IMG/VR virus record: IMGVR_UViG_3300017761_003320
Location: 91,202-155,201 of that record
DNA from: a virus
Strand: one strand, 5' to 3'
Length of the DNA: 64,000 nt
Both the position numbers and the translations under genes were made by a program. The notes beneath the pieces are model-generated. The model ran no database searches, had not been told where the DNA came from, and saw only the letters and a program-made list of their open reading frames with translations. Below are positions 40,501-49,283 of this stretch, one piece after another (the stretch's first letter is position 1; the number at the start of each line of letters is the position of its first letter).

Positions 40501-42677
40501 ATCGTCTGCAAGTTTCAAATGCCGCTACACTATATCTTCGCAAGACTGCAGGCGGTAATCAAACTGTTGCAAGCGCTGTAACATTTAGTGCTAACGTCAA
40601 TATCAATGGTAGATTGATAGTTACTGGTAATACAACATTTGTTAATCAGACAACTATCAATACCTCAGATAATCTGATTGCGCTTGCAAATAATAATACT
40701 GCTGATGTCAGCGATATTGGTTTCTACGGTCATTATAGAACAGATGGTGTCACCAATAATCACATTGGTTTTTTCCGTGATGCTGGTACCAAAGATTTCT
40801 ATGTGTTTGGTAATTATACTCTAGAGCCTAGCGCAGGTAGTATTAATGTCAATCATGCATCATTTGAAACTGCAAATCTAAACGTATCACAGCTTAAGGC
40901 CACAAAGGTTAGAGTTGGTGGTGTTGATATTGAAAGCCGTTATGCACAGAATACTGCTACGCGCACGCTTATCAATGATCGTTTGCAAGTAGCTAATGCG
41001 GCCGCTATCTATCAAACAAGAGCAATTGAACGCGCGGCGCTTGCTAATACTAATCTTGCAATTAGCAATGTCAAGACCAATTTAACATCAACAAATACTG
41101 CACTTCGTACATTAATTGCTGATAGATTACAAGTATCTAATGCTGCAACCTTGTATGCTACAAAAAGCAATCCGACAACATCAGGTCTGCTAGCGCATAC
41201 TGGTCGCGCAACAATCAGCACAAATCTTACAGTATCAGGTAATACTCAACTTGCTGGTGTGATAGCTAACGGTTCAACTGGTACCACAAATCAGATTCTA
41301 AGAACAAATGGCACCTCAGTATATTGGGGTAATGAATCTGCAGGTGGTGTATCACTAAGCACATTTAATTCCGCGCTTGCTAATACCAATCTTGCTATCA
41401 CAAATGTCAAGAATAATCTGACATCAACTAATACTGCACTTCGCACGCTTATTAGCGACCGCTTGCAGGTAGCTAATGCTGCGGCCACATATCAGACAAA
41501 AGCAATAGAACGTGCGGCCTTAGCTAATACCAATCTTGCTATTAGCAATGTTAAAACTGGTCTGACATCAACTAATACTGCTTTGCGTCTATTAATTTCT
41601 AATAGATTACAAGTAGCTAATGCTGCTACCTTGTATGCTACAAAAATTAGTCCAACAACATCAGGTACGTTATCTCATACAGGGCGTTTGGCTTTATCTG
41701 GACGTCAATCAATAAGCCAAAATCTTGAAGTATCTGGTAACACAGTTTTTGGTGATGCTACCGTAGAAACAAATCGCACTATAGTGAATGGTGCATTAAC
41801 AGCTAACGGTAATTTGACTGTTGCGGGTAACACAACTCTTGGTGCATCCGCAAAAACAACTGGTATTACTGGTCTGCTAACGGTCACTGGTCGTCAAACA
41901 ATCAGTCAGAATCTATACGTTTCTGGTAATACTGTTTTTGGTAACCCAACAAATATATCAGAACGCAGTACAATTAATGGCACGTTATTTGCTAATGGTA
42001 ATATCAATGTCAATGGTAATACGACTCTTGGTGCGTCCGCAAAAACCACTGGTATTACTGGTCTGCTAACAGTCACTGGTCGTCAGACTATTGATAATAA
42101 TCTGACGGTATCTGGCAATACCACACTTGGTGCTGCTGCTAAAACAATCACGACCACAGGTTTGATTTCGCATACTGGTCGTCAGACCATTAGCACCAAT
42201 CTAACAGTATCAGGTAACACCACACTTGGTGCTGCTGCTAAAACAATCACGACCACAGGTTTGATTTCGCATACTGGTCGTCAAACAATCAGCACTAATT
42301 TATATGTTGCTGGTAATTCAATATTTGGTGATCCTGCTGTAGTAACAGACAGAACAATTGTCAATGGTGCTTTATCGGCCAATGCAAATCTTACGGTCTC
42401 TGGTAATACAGTTCTAGGTTCTTCTGCCGCAAGCACACTAACCTTAACTGGTAATACAATAGCAATCACACCGGCAGTGCTAAACTTCAGCAGCGGCAAG
42501 CTATTCATTCAGAAAAATGCAAGTCGAGTTGGTGTAAATACCGTGACTCCAAATACAACATTCGACGTTGCGGGTATAATTAGATCATCAACAGGTGGAT
42601 TCCGTTTCCCTGATGGTGCTACAACAGCAGCACCATTGTATGTGTATGATTCTGCAGGAACGCAGCTATATCCATAA
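37545..42677 (+). CDS. Large fibre protein: collagen segment, ~44-55 aa coiled-coil repeats and beta repeats
   Basis: G-X-Y run near the N-terminus; 15 copies of LI.[DN]RLQ[VI].NA; [12 protein letters not shown] repeats; C-terminus shared with the 196-aa fibre. Confidence 0.8.
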   Translation: MTLSIEAAKILAAALKAARNESDRVENKLLDEIRRIPQGPEGPQGPSGGPAGPKGDRGLPGIPGPVGAQGPKGENGERGFIGPAGPQGEKGDRGPVGPVGPRGPAGDVSAVEEKLTNKFDEFSQRISSQATRLALAAKHGGSGETKLNRLDDVDINSVDSATNGQALVWNSTLGKWQANTVGGGSTNNFTTTIQTQAIIPAANNTYNLGTAGRRFANLYLSGSTIFLGNTTLKSSTTGQLKVITKTGQVENLVSNAYLTSTFQTKAIERAALANTNLAVTNVKNNLTSTNTALRTLIADRLQIANAATLYATKSNPTTSGTLSHTGRATVSTNFTVSGNTQLSGLIANNSKGSYNQILRTNGSTIFWADEPPAGGGVTTATFNSALANTNRGISNLNTNLLSSNASLRSLIGDRLQVSNAAATYQTKAIERAALANTNLSINNVKTNLTSTNTALRTLIADRLQIANANAKFATKAYAASNAYVKQILANTNAYIASIVSGGGGVSVGTFNSALANTNLAIGNLNTNLTSTNTALRLLISNRLQVANAAATYQTKAIERAALANTNAFIKAQLANTNLSISNVKTNLTSTNTALRLLINDRLQVANADLKYSTNTFSRIIVGANSIFADSKGDSLTLVAGANITIAANPGSDTITIASTGGGTGGVSESTFNAALANTNLAITNVKGNLTSTNTALRILIADRLQVANAATTYQTKAIERAALANTNAFIKSQLANTNLAITNVKSNLSSTNTALRTLISDRLQVANAAAIYQTKATERAALANTNAFIKSQLANTNLSISNVKTGLTSTNTALRTLISDRLQVANAAVIYQTKAVERAALANTNAFIKSQLANTNAFIKSQLANTNLSINNVKTNLTSTNTALRTLINDRLQVSNAVATYQTKAVERAALANTNLAIGRLNTNLTGTNTALRTLISDRLQVSNAAIIYQTKTIERAALANTNLAIGRLNTNLTGTNTALRTLINDRLQVSNAATLYLRKTAGGNQTVASAVTFSANVNINGRLIVTGNTTFVNQTTINTSDNLIALANNNTADVSDIGFYGHYRTDGVTNNHIGFFRDAGTKDFYVFGNYTLEPSAGSINVNHASFETANLNVSQLKATKVRVGGVDIESRYAQNTATRTLINDRLQVANAAAIYQTRAIERAALANTNLAISNVKTNLTSTNTALRTLIADRLQVSNAATLYATKSNPTTSGLLAHTGRATISTNLTVSGNTQLAGVIANGSTGTTNQILRTNGTSVYWGNESAGGVSLSTFNSALANTNLAITNVKNNLTSTNTALRTLISDRLQVANAAATYQTKAIERAALANTNLAISNVKTGLTSTNTALRLLISNRLQVANAATLYATKISPTTSGTLSHTGRLALSGRQSISQNLEVSGNTVFGDATVETNRTIVNGALTANGNLTVAGNTTLGASAKTTGITGLLTVTGRQTISQNLYVSGNTVFGNPTNISERSTINGTLFANGNINVNGNTTLGASAKTTGITGLLTVTGRQTIDNNLTVSGNTTLGAAAKTITTTGLISHTGRQTISTNLTVSGNTTLGAAAKTITTTGLISHTGRQTISTNLYVAGNSIFGDPAVVTDRTIVNGALSANANLTVSGNTVLGSSAASTLTLTGNTIAITPAVLNFSSGKLFIQKNASRVGVNTVTPNTTFDVAGIIRSSTGGFRFPDGATTAAPLYVYDSAGTQLYP
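38330..41640 (+). repeat. Coding repeat array ([44 protein letters not shown])
   Basis: 15 hand-counted copies, synonymously diverged and interrupted by globular inserts. Confidence 0.9.
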
Positions 42678-42698
42678 TTTTAATATAGGAGTGATTTT

Positions 42699-43655
42699 AT
42701 GATTCGTTTGTTATTTGCTGCCGTTATAACGGCAGCAACTTTGATTACTGGGGTTTCTAATGCCCAATCTTTAGATCCTAATAGGCCTATTAGGTTTGTT
42801 GTGCCTTTTGCGCCTGGTGGTCAATCTGATGTATTTGTTAGAATCCTTGCAGATGGTATGACATCTACATCAAATAGGCAAATTAATGTAGAGAATAGGT
42901 CTGGTGGATATATTACTGTTGGTGGCAGATTTGTTATTGAACAACCAGCCGATGGTCATACATTAATCAATGTAGCAAATGGATTTACTACAAGTAGACA
43001 TTATGTTCCTGATATGCCTTTTGATCCTAGAGAAGAATTTTCTGTAGTTGCTGTAGCTATCAAGACTCCTATGACACTTATGATTCCTACTGTAAATACG
43101 GATATACAAGATTTTAATTCTTTAGTATCCGCAATTAGATCGCGACCTGATTTCTACACTTATTATAGCACAGGTGGTGGTGGAACTGGAGCAATGGCCT
43201 CGCACCTTTTCGCATCATCAATAGGTGGTTCAATGGTTAATGTGCCATATAGAGGATCTGGTCCAGCAGTCGCCGATTTCTTAGCTGGTAGATTGACTAT
43301 AATGTTTGATACTGTACCTGTTGGTTCTCAATTACATGGTAGAGGTGGCAGAATGTTAGCTGTTACTTCTGATCGTCGTGTTTCTAATCATCCTGATATA
43401 CCCACCTTTAGAGAATTGGGTATAAACCATGATTTTTATGTTTGGCAGGGAATATTTGTTAGATCAAATACACCTAGACCTATACGAGAACAACTTAATG
43501 TCATGATCAACAGAGCATTAAATCATCCCGATACTAGAGCCAGAATACTTGGTACAGGGGTTGAAGAGTCTTGGATTACACAAAATAATCTTAGTAATAC
43601 CGAAAGATTTATGGAATCTGAGATAGCTACATGGCGACAAATGTTTGATAAATGA
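42699..43655 (+). CDS. tctC: Tripartite tricarboxylate transporter substrate-binding protein (TctC/Bug family)
   Basis: Signal peptide; RPIRFVVPFAPGG.SD, VENRSG, PADGHTL, VPYRGSGPAVAD.LAG, LAVTS..R....PDIPT..ELG, W.GIF. Confidence 0.9.
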   Translation: MIRLLFAAVITAATLITGVSNAQSLDPNRPIRFVVPFAPGGQSDVFVRILADGMTSTSNRQINVENRSGGYITVGGRFVIEQPADGHTLINVANGFTTSRHYVPDMPFDPREEFSVVAVAIKTPMTLMIPTVNTDIQDFNSLVSAIRSRPDFYTYYSTGGGGTGAMASHLFASSIGGSMVNVPYRGSGPAVADFLAGRLTIMFDTVPVGSQLHGRGGRMLAVTSDRRVSNHPDIPTFRELGINHDFYVWQGIFVRSNTPRPIREQLNVMINRALNHPDTRARILGTGVEESWITQNNLSNTERFMESEIATWRQMFDK

Positions 43656-43658
43656 TAT

Positions 43659-43666
43659 TATAAATA
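43659..43666 (+). promoter_or_regulatory. Late promoter TATAAATA
   Basis: Exact consensus upstream of the prohead core genes. Confidence 0.85.
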
Positions 43667-43698
43667 TACCACAAGTTTAACAATAGGAGCATATTGTA

Positions 43699-43902
43699 AT
43701 GTCTCTTGATTCTATACGTGACGCAGTAGATAGCCTTCGTGTTGGTAATCCAGTAGAATTTTCTCAAACCATCAAAAGCATCTTGATGGATAAACTGGTT
43801 AATCGAATGGATGTTGAAAAGGTTAGCGTCGCTTCGCAAATGTTCGGTGATGTTGCTCCTGATGCACAATCATCGGAGGCGACAAATGGCGAAGACTCTT
43901 AA
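43699..43902 (+). CDS. Small prohead core protein (gp67-like position)
   Basis: 67 aa, ...KVSVASQMF; lies between portal and protease. Confidence 0.6.
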   Translation: MSLDSIRDAVDSLRVGNPVEFSQTIKSILMDKLVNRMDVEKVSVASQMFGDVAPDAQSSEATNGEDS

Positions 43903-44602
43903 AGATATTAGAGAAAAGGCGCTTCGCCTACGTGAAGGCGCTGGCGCATATGTCGCCACCGTCCAAGCTAAGAAGCGCACATATCGTTCTGATACTTCGG
44001 TAGATGACGATGAATCTGGATCTCTTGAGCCAAAAGCTGCTGGTGAAAAAGCCTTTAAGGCCATGCATACATCCACCACAACAGACTTTGGTGACCAAGA
44101 CAATAATAAGAATCAGGCTGATACTAAGACACGTATCAATCATCGCGCAGGTGATGAACCTAAAATTGGTGAGCGTCAAAAAGTAACTCAGGGAACTTCA
44201 ACTGTGAAGGGACCTGAGCTAGGTTCTTATACAAAGCAAACACCGACAAATTATGCTGATAAGCGCGGAGGTGAAATAACACCAGTTCGCACCTCACCAT
44301 CAGCTGTTGAGCCGTTTTCTGCTAAGACACCTAGAGTATCAATCAAGCAATTCCGTGAATCAATGCAATTTGGGATTCTTCGCATTGTAGAATCTCGCAT
44401 TGGTGGCCGCGTAATTTTTGAAGATGGTCATGTTGATGTAGCTGATACAATCGCTGAAAAGCTAGCTGAAGTTTATTCACTGCTTGAAGATGAAAATGCT
44501 AAGAAATTTATTGAGATTGGTTCATCTAGCGCAGAGGGTCTCCGCGAGCTAATCGATTTTGCATTTAGCATTGACGCCCAGGAGTCAGAAGATGGCCATT
44601 GA
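43886..44602 (+). CDS. Prohead core protein (gp68-like position)
   Basis: MAKTLKDIRE start with GGAGG SD; charged; synteny. Confidence 0.55.
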   Translation: MAKTLKDIREKALRLREGAGAYVATVQAKKRTYRSDTSVDDDESGSLEPKAAGEKAFKAMHTSTTTDFGDQDNNKNQADTKTRINHRAGDEPKIGERQKVTQGTSTVKGPELGSYTKQTPTNYADKRGGEITPVRTSPSAVEPFSAKTPRVSIKQFRESMQFGILRIVESRIGGRVIFEDGHVDVADTIAEKLAEVYSLLEDENAKKFIEIGSSSAEGLRELIDFAFSIDAQESEDGH

Positions 44603-44975
44603 TCGCGTAGTCAATAAAGGAATCAAAGGTGGTTATGTCACCGGCATTTTTTCTGCCGGTGGCTACATCGCTCTAAACAGTTCCAATGCTGTTGTGGCTG
44701 CTAACTCAGCAGGTGAGACAGTTCAAGAAATGGCTATTTCAGTCGTATCTTGGGCGGCTGCAAATGGTGTAACATTTAATATCAAGCGCGGCGCCAACAA
44801 TGTATTAAATCTTGCATTAAATGGCACAATGGATTTTCAAGCGGCTGGTATTGGTCTTGAGACAGGCGGTGAAGCAGCCGCAAATGTTGTAGTGACTAGA
44901 GCAGGCACTGGTCCTGCTTCCTTGGTAATCAAATTACACAAACGACCGGCAATCACCGGTGGTTCATCTTACTAA
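44592..44975 (+). CDS. Hypothetical head-associated beta-rich protein
   Basis: Immediately upstream of gp21; C-terminal LVIKLHK. Confidence 0.6.
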   Translation: MAIDRVVNKGIKGGYVTGIFSAGGYIALNSSNAVVAANSAGETVQEMAISVVSWAAANGVTFNIKRGANNVLNLALNGTMDFQAAGIGLETGGEAAANVVVTRAGTGPASLVIKLHKRPAITGGSSY

Positions 44976-44987
44976 GGAATAACTTCA

Positions 44988-45638
44988 ATGAAACTCATAT
45001 GCGAAGTCAATGAAGAATTGAAGGTTATCACCGAAGCCAATGAGCGCGGTGGTAAGAGTTATTTCATCGAAGGCGTGTTTATGCAGGCCGAACAGAAGAA
45101 CCGCAATAACCGTTCATATCCAAAGAATATCATGGAGCGCGAAGTTAATCGATATGTTGATGAACATATCAAACAAAATCGTGCTTATGGTGAGCTTGGA
45201 CATCCATCAGGACCTACCATCAATCTTGAGCGTGTATCTCACATGATCAAAGAATTGCGCGAAGATGGAAATAATTACATCGGTCGTGCCAAGATTATGG
45301 ATACACCATACGGTAATATTGTCAAGAATCTTATGGATGAAGGTGCTCGTCTTGGGGTATCTACTCGTGGTATGGGTTCTTTAAAGGAACGTAACGGTTG
45401 TATGGAAGTTCAAGATGACTTTCATCTAGCAACAGCTGCTGATATTGTCGCCGACCCTTCGGCCCCAGACGCATTTGTGCATGGCGTTATGGAAGGTAAA
45501 GAATGGGTTTGGGATAACGGCATTCTAAAAGAAGTCGATATTGCAGGCTATAAAAATCGTATCAATGAAGCCGCTCGCTCACGTCGCACCGAAACAGAAG
45601 TGCTAGGTGTATTCCGCGATTTCATTTCAAAGCTTTAA
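44988..45638 (+). CDS. gp21: Prohead protease
   Basis: YFIEGVFMQAE.KNRN.R.Y, GELGHP, RVSHMI, GVSTRGMGSL, DIVADPSAPDAFV. Confidence 0.97.
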   Translation: MKLICEVNEELKVITEANERGGKSYFIEGVFMQAEQKNRNNRSYPKNIMEREVNRYVDEHIKQNRAYGELGHPSGPTINLERVSHMIKELREDGNNYIGRAKIMDTPYGNIVKNLMDEGARLGVSTRGMGSLKERNGCMEVQDDFHLATAADIVADPSAPDAFVHGVMEGKEWVWDNGILKEVDIAGYKNRINEAARSRRTETEVLGVFRDFISKL

Positions 45639-45650
45639 TAACCACATTTT

Positions 45651-45658
45651 TATAAATA
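45651..45658 (+). promoter_or_regulatory. Late promoter TATAAATA
   Basis: Exact consensus upstream of gp22. Confidence 0.85.
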
Positions 45659-45696
45659 TCACAAGATCATCATCTAAGTCCCAAGGGAGACAGGAA

Positions 45697-46752
45697 ATGA
45701 ACGAAAGAAAGCAGATCGACGAGGTGGATGCCACTGGCGCTCACGTTCCCGATGCAGTTGGTAACAAAGTTACACCTCCCGGTGGCGATAAGGGTGGTGA
45801 GCATGGTATCATCCGCACATCACCAACTTCTGTTGACCCTGCGTCACGTTCAGCGATGGTTTCAGCCATCGTGAATACAGTGACAAAGATGAAGAAGGGT
45901 GATCTGAAAGCGACATATGCTAAAGTGATGGGTCTACCTGACGGTGAACATTCTGCTCCTTTGCAGGGTACATCAAAGATTGCTCAACCACCTCGCGTAA
46001 CATCAGAAGACCTAGATATCGCTGATGACGTTCGCGCTATCTTTGAAGGCGCTGAAGTTTCAGAAGATTTCAAGGACAAGGTTTCTGATATCTTCCAGAC
46101 AGCTCTTGTTTCTAAGATCAATGAGAAGCTGGAAGAAATGGCATCTATTCATGAGGCCGAAATCGAAGAAGCTGTCGACTCGCGCGTAACACAAGTTGTG
46201 GAAGAGCTTGACTCTTACCTCGACCACGTTGTTGAGCAGTGGATGGACGAAAACAAGCTGGCCGTTGAAACAGGCCTACGTTCTGAAATCGTAAATTCAT
46301 TTATGTCAGGTCTTCGCAATCTCTTTAGCGAACACTATATCGACGTGCCGGAAGGTAAGGAAGATGTGGTTGAGCAACTAGCTGCTCAGGTTGAAGAATT
46401 GACAGATGCGCTGAATAGCGAAATTGAAAAGTCAGTTGAGCTTCGTGCAGAAAATGAAGCTCTAGTTTGTGGTGCGCTGATCGCGGAAGCGACAGAAGGT
46501 TTAACAGATGTTCAGGCCGAAAAGCTGCGTAAGCTTGCTGAGTCTGTTGAATTTAACGATGTTGAGTCATTCTCATCTAAGCTACAAGACCTCCGTGAAG
46601 GCTACTTCCCGACAGGCCGTAAGGCTGCTCTGAAGTCAGTTCTCACAGAGTCTGCTCTTGATTCTGATCCCATTGAAAATATCAATGAGCAGACTTCAGG
46701 ACCGATGTCCGCTTATGTCTCAGCAATCTCACGCACCGTTAAAAAGTTCTGA
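45697..46752 (+). CDS. gp22: Prohead scaffold protein
   Basis: SEDFKDK...IF, LDSYLDHVVEQWMDENKLAVETGLRSEI, F.EHYIDVPE, M.AYVSAI. Confidence 0.93.
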   Translation: MNERKQIDEVDATGAHVPDAVGNKVTPPGGDKGGEHGIIRTSPTSVDPASRSAMVSAIVNTVTKMKKGDLKATYAKVMGLPDGEHSAPLQGTSKIAQPPRVTSEDLDIADDVRAIFEGAEVSEDFKDKVSDIFQTALVSKINEKLEEMASIHEAEIEEAVDSRVTQVVEELDSYLDHVVEQWMDENKLAVETGLRSEIVNSFMSGLRNLFSEHYIDVPEGKEDVVEQLAAQVEELTDALNSEIEKSVELRAENEALVCGALIAEATEGLTDVQAEKLRKLAESVEFNDVESFSSKLQDLREGYFPTGRKAALKSVLTESALDSDPIENINEQTSGPMSAYVSAISRTVKKF

Positions 46753-46755
46753 TCG

Positions 46756-46763
46756 GCTAAATA
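46756..46763 (+). promoter_or_regulatory. Late promoter variant (GCTAAATA) within GGCTA-AA-TAGCC
   Basis: Upstream of gp23. Confidence 0.55.
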
Positions 46764-46791
46764 GCCAATATTCCTAGGAAAGGGAACTACC

Positions 46792-48180
46792 ATGAATACA
46801 GAGTCTCTGATCCAGAAGTGGGGCGCGGTCATCGACCATGGTGACCTCCCCTCCGTAAAGGATTCTCACAAGCGTGCCGTGCTGGCTCAGCTCTTGGAAA
46901 ACCAAGAGTATGACTCACGCCAGCAATCAATTGGCTCAGGCGGCTATCGCGCGCCTGGTCTGCTAGGTGAAGCTGCTCCCGCGAATGCTATGGGTGCTTC
47001 TTCATCTGTGGCTTCAGCAGGTAATATCGATATCTTCGACCCAGTGCTCATCTCACTGGTCCGTCGCTCGATGCCGAACCTGATCGCCTATGACATCTGC
47101 GGCGTGCAGCCGATGACTGGCCCGACAGGCCTGATCTTCGCTCTGCGCTCACGCTATGAGTCACAGACAGGCACAGAAGCACTGTTCAATGAAGCGAACA
47201 CAACGTTCACTTCAGCGGCTGCAGGTAACACAGCTTCTCGCTTCGTGGTTGCGAATACTTCAACTGGTCGCGTTCAGGACGGTTCAGATCCTACAGGCCG
47301 CGTGAAGGCAGGTGCTTCAGGCTACACACTGTCAACTGGTATGACAACATCACGTGCGGAAGCTCTTGGTGACGGTTCATCCAATGCATTCCAGCAAATG
47401 GCGTTCTCAGTCGAGAAGGTTGCCGTGACTGCAGTGTCTCGTGCGCTAAAGGCTGAATACACCATGGAACTGGCGCAGGATCTGAAGGCTATCCATGGTC
47501 TGGATGCCGAATCAGAACTTGCGAACATTCTGTCAGCCGAGATTCTTGCTGAAATCAACCGCGAAGTTGTTCGTACAATCAACTACACTGCCACAGCCGG
47601 CGCTCAAGAAAATGTGACTTCAACAGGCACATTCAACCTTGACGTTGACTCAAACGGTCGCTGGATGGTTGAAAAGTTCAAGGGTCTGCTGTTCCAGATC
47701 GAGCGTGAAGCTAACCAAATCGCGAAGGCAACTCGTCGCGGTAAGGGCAACGTGATGATCTGCTCATCAGACGTTGCTTCAGCTCTGTCAATGGCTGGTG
47801 TGCTTGACTATACACCTGCTCTGTCAGCGAACCTTCAGGTTGATGACACAGGCAACACCTTTGCTGGTGTGCTTAACGGTCGCATCCGCGTCTACATCGA
47901 CCCGTACTTCTCATCATCAACTGGCAAGCAGTATCTGACAGTTGGCTACAAGGGTTCTTCAGCCTTCGATGCCGGTCTGTTCTACTGCCCGTATGTGCCG
48001 CTCCAGATGGTGCGCGCTATCGGTCAGGATACATTCCAGCCGAAGATTGGCTTCAAGACTCGTTACGGTATTGTGGCCAACCCGTTTGCAACAACAGCCG
48101 CCGATGGAACGATTGGTTCATTCGGCGACGGCAAGGCGAATATCTACTATCGCTTTGTGGCCGTGACAAACCTGATGTAA
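46792..48180 (+). CDS. gp23: Major capsid protein
   Basis: DPVLISLVRRSMPNLIAYDICGVQPMTGPTGLIFA, SRALKAEYTMELAQDLKAIHGLDAE, FYCPYVPLQM, FQPKIGFKTRYG. Confidence 0.98.
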   Translation: MNTESLIQKWGAVIDHGDLPSVKDSHKRAVLAQLLENQEYDSRQQSIGSGGYRAPGLLGEAAPANAMGASSSVASAGNIDIFDPVLISLVRRSMPNLIAYDICGVQPMTGPTGLIFALRSRYESQTGTEALFNEANTTFTSAAAGNTASRFVVANTSTGRVQDGSDPTGRVKAGASGYTLSTGMTTSRAEALGDGSSNAFQQMAFSVEKVAVTAVSRALKAEYTMELAQDLKAIHGLDAESELANILSAEILAEINREVVRTINYTATAGAQENVTSTGTFNLDVDSNGRWMVEKFKGLLFQIEREANQIAKATRRGKGNVMICSSDVASALSMAGVLDYTPALSANLQVDDTGNTFAGVLNGRIRVYIDPYFSSSTGKQYLTVGYKGSSAFDAGLFYCPYVPLQMVRAIGQDTFQPKIGFKTRYGIVANPFATTAADGTIGSFGDGKANIYYRFVAVTNLM

Positions 48181-48202
48181 TATCAGGCGATAGCCTAGTA
48201 AC

Positions 48203-48235
48203 AAACCCCGTGGGAGAAATCTCACGGGGTTTTTT
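48203..48235 (+). terminator. Rho-independent terminator after gp23
   Basis: AAACCCCGTGGGA-GAAA-TCTCACGGGGTTTTTT: GNRA loop and U tail. Confidence 0.92.
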
Positions 48236-48261
48236 GTGCCTAAATAGGTAGGGAGGAATCG

Positions 48262-48804
48262 ATGAGCACCATAACAGACCAACCTACCAATCTGAATTAT
48301 CTTTCGCCGTTAGGGTTTAAGTTTACCCTTCGTCGTCTACCGATGGTCAATTATTTCTGCCAGTCGGTCGATATCCCTGCGATTAGTATGACACCAATCA
48401 ATACACCAACACCAGTAGGTACATTAGTAAGACCTGGTGATAAGATTGCATATGATCCTCTGACCATCACGTTTCGTGTCGATGAAGATATGAAAAATTA
48501 TATTGAGATGGTTAACTGGCTTGAGGGTCTTGGTCACCCCAATAGCTTGAAACAACTTCGTGATCTATCTGCATCTTCACCACTTGCGACACCAAATACA
48601 ATAGGTAGCGCAATGACTCTTACCTCAGATGCTACTCTAACAGTATTGACAAGTCATAAAAATCCCGGATTGAATGCTTTCTTTAGTGATGCATTTCCTA
48701 CTAGCTTGTCAGCACTTAGATTTACATCAATGGCCAATGATGTTGAATATCTTGAAGCTACAGCTACATTTTCTTACAGAAAATATACATTAGAACGCAT
48801 TTAA
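48262..48804 (+). CDS. gp3: Tail tube terminator / tail completion protein
   Basis: NYLSPLGFKF, YFCQSV.IP.I, PGDKI.YDPL...FRVDEDMKNY.E...W, FPTSLSAL.F; preceded by CCTAAATA. Confidence 0.9.
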   Translation: MSTITDQPTNLNYLSPLGFKFTLRRLPMVNYFCQSVDIPAISMTPINTPTPVGTLVRPGDKIAYDPLTITFRVDEDMKNYIEMVNWLEGLGHPNSLKQLRDLSASSPLATPNTIGSAMTLTSDATLTVLTSHKNPGLNAFFSDAFPTSLSALRFTSMANDVEYLEATATFSYRKYTLERI

Positions 48805-48807
48805 TTC

Positions 48808-48836
48808 TGTACATTTGCCTAGAAACCTGGTATTAT
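48808..48836 (+). promoter_or_regulatory. Sigma70-like promoter for uvsY (probably leaderless)
   Basis: TGTACA-N17-TATTAT with extended -10 TG; ATG begins 7 nt after the -10 box. Confidence 0.6.
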
Positions 48837-48842
48837 GGCTAG

Positions 48843-49283
48843 ATGATGAAAACGCAAGACATTCTCGACATATGGGTTATCGACACAAAGTTGGATGACC
48901 TAAACTTGGACCTTGAGAGCATCAAGGTTCCAATGCTTCATGGAAAATATTTGGCATTGCTTTCAAAAGAGCGTGCTAAAGTTCGTGAGCTAACCGCTAA
49001 TAAAAAGACGCTTACACGATTGCTGATTGCTTATTATTCAGGCAAGGCCACTCAAGACGAACTTGAAAAGTTAGGTCGTGAGCAATTCATGGAGCGCGTC
49101 ATAAGAGGTGATATTGATGAGCGAGTGAATAATGATGCAGCCATGATACGTCTTGAGTCAATGCTGGGTCTCCATCAAGAATGTGTGATGGTTCTTGAGG
49201 AGATTATGAGATCGATAAACAATCGAGGCTTCCAGATCAAAAATGTAATTGACTGGCGCAAGCTAACTGTAGGTATGAAATGA
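48843..49283 (+). CDS. uvsY: Recombination mediator
   Basis: D.K.D...LDLESIKVPMLHGKY, YYSGKA, INNRGFQIKN.IDWRK. Confidence 0.9.
   Translation: MMKTQDILDIWVIDTKLDDLNLDLESIKVPMLHGKYLALLSKERAKVRELTANKKTLTRLLIAYYSGKATQDELEKLGREQFMERVIRGDIDERVNNDAAMIRLESMLGLHQECVMVLEEIMRSINNRGFQIKNVIDWRKLTVGMK

Noticed and set aside
42105-42300. Near-identical 99-bp duplication, and the shared fibre C-termini, as DGR template/variable repeats
   Set aside because: No reverse transcriptase in the window; differences are not adenine-specific and both copies are coding.
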